Shown here one piece after another: positions 16,706-24,843 of a stretch of DNA of 64,000 nucleotides. Location: positions 41,200 through 105,199 of the forward strand of contig CANRAF010000002.1 of the NCBI GenBank assembly GCA_947628535.1, in the 5' to 3' direction. The position numbers and the translations under genes were made by a program. This DNA comes from an uncultured Bacilli bacterium (lineage in GTDB: Bacteria > Bacillota_I > Bacilli_A > RF39 > UBA660). The notes below the pieces were generated by a model. It did no database searches, was not told the origin of the DNA, and saw only the letters and a list, made by a program, of their open reading frames with translations. Each line of letters starts with the position of its first letter. The first letter of the stretch is position 1.

Positions 16706-18817
16706 TTTTAAAGTAAAAGTAACTTTCATATTTTTACTTACTTTTTTATTTACAATAGACTGATCTTTTACATATCCATATCCTTTGAAGCTACATTTTA
16801 GATTTAACATATCACAGACTGCTTCTGCTTCTCCTTTACTATATCCAGTTAAAGATGGCATATTATAACTTTTACTATTTGTTAAAAGAATAAGATTATC
16901 ATTAGAATCAATAGTAGTATTTTTATTTGGATATTGATTTACTACTTTTGATCCTGTTCCAATAATTAATTTGTCTATACCTTTGGTTAATGATTTTACT
17001 CTTTCGACACTTTTATTTAAATAATTCCCTACTATTTTATTATGAATAGTAGTATCTTTTTCTTCTTCTTCGAAAATATTTAAATATTTATTCATATTTT
17101 TTACAATATCTGTTACTGAATCACTTAATACATTTGCACTACTTGGACGTTTACTTGAAGCATATATAATTACTTTTGGATTATTTTTAGGCCACATTCC
17201 CATAAATGATTTAGTAACGTTATAATCATCTTCATAGTAACTACCTGTATTTGAATTAACAAGTTGTGCTGTTCCTGTTTTACCAATTAAATTTGAATTT
17301 TTTACTCTATAAGCTGAACCTGTTGCTCCATACCAATTAGAATTTACTGTTTTATACATAAGTTCACGTATTTTTAAAGCTGTTTTTTTAGAGGCAACTC
17401 TATCTACTTCTTCTCTTTTTCCTTTATAGACAACTTTACCAGTTTCATCTATTACTTTATCTATTATATATGGTTTAAGCATAATTCCATCATTAGCAAT
17501 TGATGTTAGGGCTTGAACATGCTGCATTGGAGTTGTTGTTATACCTTGACCAAATGATGCATTATATACTTCTGTTTCATAATTAAATCTTATCTGTCCT
17601 GGTACTTCACCTGCGAGAGTTATACCAGTTTTTTTTCCAAATCCTATTTTTGTAAAATAATCATTTAATATTGTTTTATTAATAAAGTTATTTACGATAT
17701 TAATTACTCCGACATTACTTGACGCTTGAAATCCTTGATCGTATGTTATTCTTCCGAAACCTCCTGCTAACCAGTCATTAATTACTGTCCCATCTTCTGC
17801 TTCATATCTTCCAGAGGTAAATTTACTATCTCCTCTGTAGGTTCCTGCTTCCATTGCTGCCATATAAGTGTAAGTTTTCATTATTGATCCTGGTTCATAA
17901 GCTTCACCTACTGTAATATCAGTCCAGTTTTTTATATTTTTTTTATTTGGATCAAAAGATGGCTTTTGACTACTTCCTAAAATTTTTCCTGTTTTAGCAT
18001 CCGCAACTATTAATGTTAACCAGTCAAAATCATATTTACTATCGACATCACTTGCAGCTTGTTCTAAGAAAAATTGTACATTTGAATCAATTGTTAAGTA
18101 AATATCGTTTCCATCTATTGCTTTTATAGTAACCTCTTTTGTTCCAGGTATTTTATAGCCATTTAAATCTTTTTGATAAGTTGTATAACCATCTGTTCCT
18201 GAGAGAACATCATTTAGTAAGGCTTCCATGCCAAATTCTCCATTAATTTTACCTTCTTCATCTGATTTAGCATATCCAAGAGTATAAGATGTAAAGTCTC
18301 CATTTGGATAGTAACGTTTTTCATTTTGAATAAAATCAATACCTGGTAGATTTAAAACTTCTATTTTTTCCTTTTCAAGTTCTGTAAGTTCTTTACCTGA
18401 GCTACCAAATTCTACTTGATATCTTCCTTTTTGATTTAATATTTTATATATTTCACTTTCTTTCATGTCAATTACTTTAGATAATTTTTTAGCAGTCATT
18501 TTTTTATCTTTGACATGATATAACTTGCTTTCACCTTCACTTCTCGAAGGATCTAAGTATGCTATTAATGTATATGATGAAACATTAATTGCTAAGGCTT
18601 CTCCATTTGAATCGTAAATGTTCCCTCTTTTAGCATATATTTTTTTAGATACAACGCTTCTGCTATCTGCAAATTCTTTTAAATTTACACCATCTACTTC
18701 TTTAGAAAGTGCGAGAAAAGATACTCTATAACTTAAAAATAAAAAACAAAAAAGAGCAATAACAATAAACAAATTTATTAATTTATTGCTTTGTTTTGCT
18801 CTTTTCATTTTAATCAC
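16703..18817 (-). CDS. class B penicillin-binding protein (FtsI/PBP2B/SpoVD family) with C-terminal PASTA domain
   Basis: 704 aa with an N-terminal TM anchor and a transpeptidase domain; PASTA-like C-terminus. Last gene of the mraZ-rsmH-ftsL-pbp operon. Confidence 0.85.
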   Translation of the reverse strand: MIKMKRAKQSNKLINLFIVIALFCFLFLSYRVSFLALSKEVDGVNLKEFADSRSVVSKKIYAKRGNIYDSNGEALAINVSSYTLIAYLDPSRSEGESKLYHVKDKKMTAKKLSKVIDMKESEIYKILNQKGRYQVEFGSSGKELTELEKEKIEVLNLPGIDFIQNEKRYYPNGDFTSYTLGYAKSDEEGKINGEFGMEALLNDVLSGTDGYTTYQKDLNGYKIPGTKEVTIKAIDGNDIYLTIDSNVQFFLEQAASDVDSKYDFDWLTLIVADAKTGKILGSSQKPSFDPNKKNIKNWTDITVGEAYEPGSIMKTYTYMAAMEAGTYRGDSKFTSGRYEAEDGTVINDWLAGGFGRITYDQGFQASSNVGVINIVNNFINKTILNDYFTKIGFGKKTGITLAGEVPGQIRFNYETEVYNASFGQGITTTPMQHVQALTSIANDGIMLKPYIIDKVIDETGKVVYKGKREEVDRVASKKTALKIRELMYKTVNSNWYGATGSAYRVKNSNLIGKTGTAQLVNSNTGSYYEDDYNVTKSFMGMWPKNNPKVIIYASSKRPSSANVLSDSVTDIVKNMNKYLNIFEEEEKDTTIHNKIVGNYLNKSVERVKSLTKGIDKLIIGTGSKVVNQYPNKNTTIDSNDNLILLTNSKSYNMPSLTGYSKGEAEAVCDMLNLKCSFKGYGYVKDQSIVNKKVSKNMKVTFTLK

Positions 18818-18822
18818 CTTAC

Positions 18823-19116
18823 TTACTCTACTATTTTTATGCTATTACTAGTATAACTCAATCCCATCTTTTTGGCAACTGATTCTAGATTTTCTAAAGA
18901 TGCTAGTTCGTTAATTTTCATTTGAAGACTTTCGTTATTTTTGTTTTGCTTTTCTATTTCTGCTTTACTATTTTCAACTTCATAATTAATTTCACTTAGA
19001 GTACTTTTAGCAAAAACACTCATAAATGGATATGACACACAAATAAGAGCTGTCACAAAAAATAACACTTTCTCAAATTTAGTAAATTTAACTGTTTTCT
19101 TTTTACGCTTTTTCAT
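18823..19116 (-). CDS. ftsL: cell division protein FtsL
   Basis: 97 aa with a basic N-terminus, one TM helix and a coiled-coil. Positioned between rsmH and pbp. Confidence 0.7.
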   Translation of the reverse strand: MKKRKKKTVKFTKFEKVLFFVTALICVSYPFMSVFAKSTLSEINYEVENSKAEIEKQNKNNESLQMKINELASLENLESVAKKMGLSYTSNSIKIVE

Positions 19117-19129
19117 TTTTTCATCTCCA

Positions 19130-20059
19130 TTATTTTATTTTTTCTATTACTCTAAGTTTTGCTGATTTACTTCTTTTGTTTTGTTTTATCTCTTCATCTG
19201 TTGGAAGTATTGGTTTAGTAGTTACCAGTTTAAAATCTGGGAGAAGGTCTTTTGGAATATTTGGAAGACCTTTTACTACTTTATCTATTTCACATTTTTC
19301 TTTAAACATTTTTTTACATATTCTATCTTCTAAAGAATGAAATGTTATTACTACTACTCTTCCACCTACATTTAAAAGTTCTAAACTATCTTTTAAGGCA
19401 GTTTCTAATTCTTCAAGTTCATTATTTACTTCAATTCTAAGGGCTTGAAAAACTTTTTTAGCAGGATGAGTGTTTCTTTTTTCTTTGTATGGATAACATC
19501 TATCAATTATTTCTACTAGCTCTATAGTAGTTTCAATTTCTTTTTCTTTTCTTACTTTTTCAATTTCAAGAGCTATTTTTAAAGCATGTTTTTCTTCTCC
19601 ATACTCTCTAAATATACGAGTTAATTCATCAGGTGTATATGTGTTTATAATAGTCTTTGCTGTTATTTTAGAGGACTTATCCATTCTCATATCAAGTGGT
19701 CCATTTTTCATATAACTAAATCCTCTTTTTTCATCATCTATTTCAACAGATGAAACTCCTAAATCAAATAAAATACCATCTACTTTTTTATTACCAAGTT
19801 TTTCTTTTATATTTTTGTAGCTAGTGTTATATATTTCAAAGTTATCATCTATTTTAGCAAGTTTTATGCGACTATAGTTTATTGCTTCTATATCTTTATC
19901 AAAAGCCAATAAATATCCCTTTTTTATTCTTTTTAAAATTTCACTTGCATGACCGGCAAATCCTAAAGTCGCATCAATATAAATACCATCTTCCTTTATA
20001 TTTAAATATTCTATAGCCTCCTTAAGGAGTACACTTTTATGTTTTTCTTCCATCATCAA
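19130..20059 (-). CDS. rsmH: 16S rRNA (cytosine1402-N4)-methyltransferase RsmH/MraW
   Basis: 309 aa; SAM-binding motif GGHA in DATLGFAGHA. 4-nt overlap with mraZ. Confidence 0.85.
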   Translation of the reverse strand: MMMEEKHKSVLLKEAIEYLNIKEDGIYIDATLGFAGHASEILKRIKKGYLLAFDKDIEAINYSRIKLAKIDDNFEIYNTSYKNIKEKLGNKKVDGILFDLGVSSVEIDDEKRGFSYMKNGPLDMRMDKSSKITAKTIINTYTPDELTRIFREYGEEKHALKIALEIEKVRKEKEIETTIELVEIIDRCYPYKEKRNTHPAKKVFQALRIEVNNELEELETALKDSLELLNVGGRVVVITFHSLEDRICKKMFKEKCEIDKVVKGLPNIPKDLLPDFKLVTTKPILPTDEEIKQNKRSKSAKLRVIEKIK

Positions 20060-20493
20060 ACTTCAAAATTAGTTTCGAAAAGATGGTCTGCTAAATCTGA
20101 TATTTCATCTCGGCTTACATCTACAAAACTATTCCATTTTTCTTTAGACCAGATTTCTAGTCTATCGTTTACTCCGATTATAATACATTCTTTATCTAAA
20201 GATGCATAATCGATTAAAGGATTAGATATTTTGATGCGACCTTGTTTATCAAATTCAGCGGCAGTGGCTCCAGATAGAAACATTCGTGTGAAACTTCTCG
20301 CGTCTTTTTTAGTAAAAGGTAGTGTTTTTAATTTAGAAACTATTAATGACCACTCAGGAAGAGAATAAACAAATAAACAATCTTCAAGCCCACGAGTAAC
20401 AATTACATTTTCCCCAAGTTCCTCGCGAAGCTTTGAAGGTATTATAATTCTTCCTTTTTCATCAAGGTTATGATGATATTCCCCCATCAACAT
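20056..20493 (-). CDS. mraZ: transcriptional regulator MraZ
   Basis: N-terminus MLMGEYHHNLDEKGRIIIP, matching the MraZ consensus MFMGEY...DEKGR. The true start is the ATG at 20493, not the upstream GTG used by the ORF track. Confidence 0.85.
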   Translation of the reverse strand: MLMGEYHHNLDEKGRIIIPSKLREELGENVIVTRGLEDCLFVYSLPEWSLIVSKLKTLPFTKKDARSFTRMFLSGATAAEFDKQGRIKISNPLIDYASLDKECIIIGVNDRLEIWSKEKWNSFVDVSRDEISDLADHLFETNFEV

Positions 20494-20566
20494 AACAATC
20501 ACCACTTTCTACCACATCGTTCCACTGTCTACCACAATTTTACTATTATATATATCTTTTGTAAAT
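20494..20566 (-). promoter_or_regulatory. Pmra: sigma-A-type promoter (-35 TTTACA, 17 bp, -10 TAAAAT) followed by the MraZ operator (4 x GTGG direct repeats at exact 10-bp spacing)
   Basis: Minus-strand reading: TTTACA-N17-TAAAAT-T-GTGGTAGACA-GTGGAACGAT-GTGGTAGAAA-GTGGTGATTGTT-ATG. On the plus strand the CCAC repeats sit at 20502, 20512, 20522 and 20532. Confidence 0.6.
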
Positions 20567-20618
20567 AGTTTTTTGAGAAAAAATTATAATTTTTCTAAAA
20601 GCAAACATTTATTTGTCA

Positions 20619-20654
20619 AACAAAAAAAATACTGCAATCTTTTGCAGTATTTTA
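20619..20654 (-). terminator. rho-independent terminator after yqeY
   Basis: ATACTGCA-aaaga-TTGCAGTAT followed by T8 on the minus strand. Confidence 0.6.
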
Positions 20655-20668
20655 TAATTACTTTCTAA

Positions 20669-21112
20669 TTAAATTAATTTTTCTCTTATTTTATTTGTTA
20701 CACTTTTCATATCACATCTATTTTTTAATTTTGGAGTTATTAGTCTCATTATGTTTCCTAAGTCTTTAACAGTTTCTGCTCCTGTTTCTTCAATTGCATC
20801 ATCTATTATTTTGTTAATTTCTTCATCTGTCAACTGCTTAGGCATATATTCACTTAATATATCTATTTCTTTTTGGTAGGACTCTATTAAATCATTTCTG
20901 TTTGCTTTTTTAAATTCTACTATTGAATCATTTCTCATTTTTATTTGTTTATTTATAACATCAAGTAATAATTCATCATTTTCTTCTTTTTTGTTATTTA
21001 TTATTTCTAACTGCATTGCTCCTTTAACTGCTCTTAAAGTATTAAGTTTATCTTTGTCTTTTTCTTTCATAGCAGTTATTAAATCGCTTTTTAATTTTTC
21101 TAATAAATTCAT
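20669..21112 (-). CDS. yqeY: GatB/YqeY-domain protein
   Basis: 147 aa with a YqeY-like N-terminus (LKSDLITAMKEKDK...LRAVKGA). Confidence 0.7.
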   Translation of the reverse strand: MNLLEKLKSDLITAMKEKDKDKLNTLRAVKGAMQLEIINNKKEENDELLLDVINKQIKMRNDSIVEFKKANRNDLIESYQKEIDILSEYMPKQLTDEEINKIIDDAIEETGAETVKDLGNIMRLITPKLKNRCDMKSVTNKIREKLI

Positions 21113-21147
21113 AATATTTTCCTTTCTTTATCTAAAAAACAGAAATT

Positions 21148-21351
21148 TTAATCATTTCTGTTTCTGTTATTTCGTTTATTTCTTTTTTTAGAGTTAATGA
21201 TGTTTTGTTTTTTTTCTTCTCTTCTTTTAACTCCTGGTTTATCGTAATACTTTCTTTTTTTGGCTTCAGAAAGGACACCATCACGAGCACATTTTTGTTT
21301 AAAATTCTTTAGTGCTTTATCTAAATTACCTTTTACTGTTACTTCAGTCAT
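21148..21351 (-). CDS. rpsU: 30S ribosomal protein S21
   Basis: S21 signature MTEVTVKGNLDKALKNFKQKCARDGVL...YYDKPG, with a basic C-terminal extension. Confidence 0.8.
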   Translation of the reverse strand: MTEVTVKGNLDKALKNFKQKCARDGVLSEAKKRKYYDKPGVKRREEKKQNIINSKKRNKRNNRNRND

Positions 21352-21431
21352 AATTTAAGCCTCCTTTCTTGCCATTACTAAAGTGTATTATAACAAACTT
21401 AATTACAAATTTCAAGTTTTTTTTACTTTAT

Positions 21432-22739
21432 TTAAAAGGGCATTTTAAAATTACCGTTTGTTAATTGTTTCATCATTTTTTTACTTTGTTCAAAATTACT
21501 AAGTAATCTATTAACTTCCTCTACTTTTCTTCCACTTCCTTTAGCAATTCTTTGTTTTCTACTTGCTTTAATTATTTCAGGTTTTCTTCTTTCTTCTTTA
21601 GTCATAGATAAGATTATTGCTTCAATATGGGCAATATCTTTAGGATCTATATTAACGTTATTTAATCCCATTTTTTTAGCTCCGGGAAGCATTTTCAAAA
21701 TTGATTCAAGAGATCCAAGCTTTTTTATTTGTTTCATTTGTTTTAGAAAATCTTCTAAATCATATTTACCGCTTCGCATCTTTTTAAATGATTTTTCTGC
21801 TTCCTTTTCATCTATTACTTCATTTGCTTTATCAACTATAGAGAGTATATCTCCCATACCAATAATTCTTGAGGCCATACGGTCTGGATAAAAAGCATCT
21901 AATCCATCTAATTTTTCACTTGTTCCAACAAATTTAATTGGAACTGATGTTAAGTGTCTTACAGATAGAGCAACCCCTCCTCTGGTATCACCATCTAATT
22001 TAGTTAAAATTACTCCTGTTAAATCTAAGTTTTCATTAAATCCTTTAATTACATTTATAGCATCTTGTCCCATCATAGCATCGATTACTAAAAGTACTTC
22101 ATCTGGATTTATTTCTTTTTTAATACTTTTTAACTCATCCATAAGTTCTTCATCAATATGAAGACGTCCTGCAGTATCTATTAAGACATAATCAAAACCA
22201 TTTTCTTTAGCATAGTTAATAGCATTTTTACTTATTTCAGTAGGAGATTTTTTTCCTTCTTCATAAACTTCAATATTTAACTCTTTACCTATTTGTTTTA
22301 ACTGATCAATAGCTGCGGGACGATAAATATCACAAGCGACTAAAAGAGGTTTTTTACTATGTTTTTTTCTTAAAAAATTAGAAAGTTTCCCAATTGTTGT
22401 AGTTTTACCTGATCCTTGAAGCCCTACGAGCATTAAGGTTGCAGGATTACCCTTTAAATTAAGTGGTTCGGATTGTCCCCCTAAAAGGGCTTCTAATTCA
22501 TCTCTTATTATACCTACAAACATTTCTCCAGGAGATAAACTTTTCTTTACTTCTTCTCCAAGAGCTTTTTCTTTTACTTTAGAAGTAAACTCACGAACAA
22601 CTTGATAGTTTACATCAGCCTCTAAAAGAGCAAGCCTTACTTCTCTAAGCATTGGGTCAATATTTTCTTCAGTTATTTTTCCATGTCCTTTTATATCTTT
22701 TACTATTTTTTCAAATCTATCACTTAACGACTCAAACAT
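21432..22739 (-). CDS. ffh: signal recognition particle protein Ffh (SRP54)
   Basis: N domain plus GTPase motifs GLQGSGKTTT, DTAGR and TKLD, and a methionine-rich M domain. The likely start is MFESLSDRF. Confidence 0.9.
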   Translation of the reverse strand: MFESLSDRFEKIVKDIKGHGKITEENIDPMLREVRLALLEADVNYQVVREFTSKVKEKALGEEVKKSLSPGEMFVGIIRDELEALLGGQSEPLNLKGNPATLMLVGLQGSGKTTTIGKLSNFLRKKHSKKPLLVACDIYRPAAIDQLKQIGKELNIEVYEEGKKSPTEISKNAINYAKENGFDYVLIDTAGRLHIDEELMDELKSIKKEINPDEVLLVIDAMMGQDAINVIKGFNENLDLTGVILTKLDGDTRGGVALSVRHLTSVPIKFVGTSEKLDGLDAFYPDRMASRIIGMGDILSIVDKANEVIDEKEAEKSFKKMRSGKYDLEDFLKQMKQIKKLGSLESILKMLPGAKKMGLNNVNIDPKDIAHIEAIILSMTKEERRKPEIIKASRKQRIAKGSGRKVEEVNRLLSNFEQSKKMMKQLTNGNFKMPF

Positions 22740-22790
22740 ATTAATCACCTTTTGTAATTATATCAATTATTTTAAAAAAAAGAAAGAATC

Positions 22791-23693
22791 TTAATTTAAA
22801 TCATTAAGTTCTTTAATTGAAAAACCTGTACATTCTTCTACTATTTTAATATCAATTCCTTTGTTTAACATATTTTTGGCAATTTGTTTTTCTTTGTTTT
22901 TATTTTCTTTTTCCATTTTTTTTGTTTCTTCCTTTAACATCTCTTTAACCATTTCTTTAGTTCTTTTTTTGACCATTTTTTCAGCCCTTTCCTCTGCCAT
23001 TGCTATCATTGTTAATTCCTGTTTTGTGTAATCATCATATGACTCTACTTTCCCGTTTATCGCATCCATATACTTTTTCATATCCATCAATCTTTCATCT
23101 CCCTTTACTATCTTTTCTATTTCTTCTTCCTTTCTTGTTGTTAATATCTTACATATCTTTTCAAACTCCGTCATTTCTTCTTTATTATATATCTTTTTCT
23201 TATAATATGAAAGATTTATATGAAATATTTTTATTAGACCACTATATATTCTGCTTTCTATGCTCTCTTCTCTTATACTATATTTGTATATCCCTTTCCC
23301 CTTTTTCTCTATATCATAACTATCAAAGTTTATTTGTATTACCTCTAAACTGTTTTCTATTATCATCCTTCTTAGATGACTTATATTTCTTTCTATTAAT
23401 TTTTTACTATATACTCTATTACACTCTATTGATATATATTTATCATTTACTTTTACATAATAGTCACATACTTCTCCTTTTTTATTTTTTCCTTTGGCTA
23501 TAAATCCTGGATCTTTTTCTTCAAATTCTTTTAATTCTATTCCTAAGAGTTCTTTTACTATTACTTTTATTAAGAAATGATCTTTATCACTTTTAAAGAT
23601 ACTTTTAAATACTACATCACTCATTGGATCAATATAATCATATTTAGCTTCTTCTCTTAAGAATTGTTTTTCTGCGTCTGTTAATATTTTCAT
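22791..23693 (-). CDS. Rpn-family PD-(D/E)XK recombination-promoting nuclease/putative transposase (Transposase_31-like)
   Basis: 300 aa. N-terminal nuclease-fold region (YIDPMSDVVFKSIF...). K/E-rich helical C-terminal half ending GFSIKELNDLN, as is usual for this family. Confidence 0.55.
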   Translation of the reverse strand: MKILTDAEKQFLREEAKYDYIDPMSDVVFKSIFKSDKDHFLIKVIVKELLGIELKEFEEKDPGFIAKGKNKKGEVCDYYVKVNDKYISIECNRVYSKKLIERNISHLRRMIIENSLEVIQINFDSYDIEKKGKGIYKYSIREESIESRIYSGLIKIFHINLSYYKKKIYNKEEMTEFEKICKILTTRKEEEIEKIVKGDERLMDMKKYMDAINGKVESYDDYTKQELTMIAMAEERAEKMVKKRTKEMVKEMLKEETKKMEKENKNKEKQIAKNMLNKGIDIKIVEECTGFSIKELNDLN

Positions 23694-23807
23694 GGACCCT
23701 CCTTTTTTCTTTGTCTATAAATATAATTAGCAAAAAAATTAAAAGGACCTTAGTTTTATTTAAAAAAAATAAAAAAATATGCTTTAATGCATACTTTTAA
23801 TATCTTA

Positions 23808-24350
23808 CTATTCTATTTCATATATATCTATTCCATATTTATTATCTACAGTGTCATAAAAAATGTAATTTTTTGGAGGATTATACGTTAATGATAAGAA
23901 TACAACATATCCTATAATTATTAAAGCAATTGCTATTTTATTTAATAGGGTATTTTCCTTTTTTCTAGTTATTAAATAGTAATTAAATATTTGAGATGCT
24001 ATTATTACTAATATTAGTAGTCCTATTGAAATAAATGGATTTTCTCCAAAAATAGCATAAAGTGGTAAGAAGATAATTAGATAAACTATAATACTTGAAA
24101 TCATAGTAAGAAAAATACTTGACCAATAATTTGTAAATTTAATATTTAATTTTTTTAAAATAAAATATTCAATTATACTCCACGCAAGGAGTCCACTATA
24201 AAGAAGTTTCATATGTTCCCAAATACTTTCATTTACTGGAAATAAAACAGAAAATAATGGATTTGGGAACCAATCATATAAAAAGTGGAATAATACAGTA
24301 AAAGCAAAAGTTGCTATTATGGCAATTATTTTTATTTTTTTAAGTTTCAT
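23808..24350 (-). CDS. polytopic membrane protein of unknown function
   Basis: 180 aa with 5-6 predicted TM helices. No recognised motif. Confidence 0.35.
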   Translation of the reverse strand: MKLKKIKIIAIIATFAFTVLFHFLYDWFPNPLFSVLFPVNESIWEHMKLLYSGLLAWSIIEYFILKKLNIKFTNYWSSIFLTMISSIIVYLIIFLPLYAIFGENPFISIGLLILVIIASQIFNYYLITRKKENTLLNKIAIALIIIGYVVFLSLTYNPPKNYIFYDTVDNKYGIDIYEIE

Positions 24351-24405
24351 ATCATCACCTATTTAATGATATGAAAAAAATATATATTTATTTATATTAT
24401 AGTTT

Positions 24406-24843
24406 TTACTTTTCTAATATTATTGTAACTGGTCCATCATTTAAGAGTGAAACTTTCATATCTGCTCCAAAAAGTCCTTCTTCTACTTTTAATCCAGTAT
24501 CTTTTAATTTTTTATTAAATTTTTCATATAAAACTATTGCTTTATCGCCATTTAAAGCGTTTATATAACTTGGTCTATTTCCTTTTTTAGAATCAGCATA
24601 TAAAGTAAACTGTGAAACTGAGAGAATGCTTCCGTTTACATCTTTTATCGATAAATTCATAACTCCATCTTCATCATCAAAAATTCTAAGATTTGTTATT
24701 TTATTTACCATCCAATCTATCTCTTTTTCACTATCATCTAAAGTAAATCCTACTAAAAGAAGAAGCCCTTTATCAATTTTCCCTACTTCTTTTTTATCTA
24801 CTTCTACTTTGGCATTTTGAACTCTTTGAACTACTACTCTCAT
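24406..24843 (-). CDS. dtd: D-aminoacyl-tRNA deacylase
   Basis: 145 aa beginning MRVVVQRV, with the conserved SQFTLYA motif. Lies immediately downstream of relA, as is common in Bacillota. Confidence 0.85.
   Translation of the reverse strand: MRVVVQRVQNAKVEVDKKEVGKIDKGLLLLVGFTLDDSEKEIDWMVNKITNLRIFDDEDGVMNLSIKDVNGSILSVSQFTLYADSKKGNRPSYINALNGDKAIVLYEKFNKKLKDTGLKVEEGLFGADMKVSLLNDGPVTIILEK

Noticed and set aside
23000-23503. 167-aa L/Y/F-rich ORF antisense to the Rpn-family gene, and similar leucine-rich antisense ORFs 43445..43792 and 42525..42815
   Set aside because: They arise from reverse-reading K/E/N-rich coding sequence (AAA/GAA read as TTT/TTC), have no start context, and overlap strong genes.
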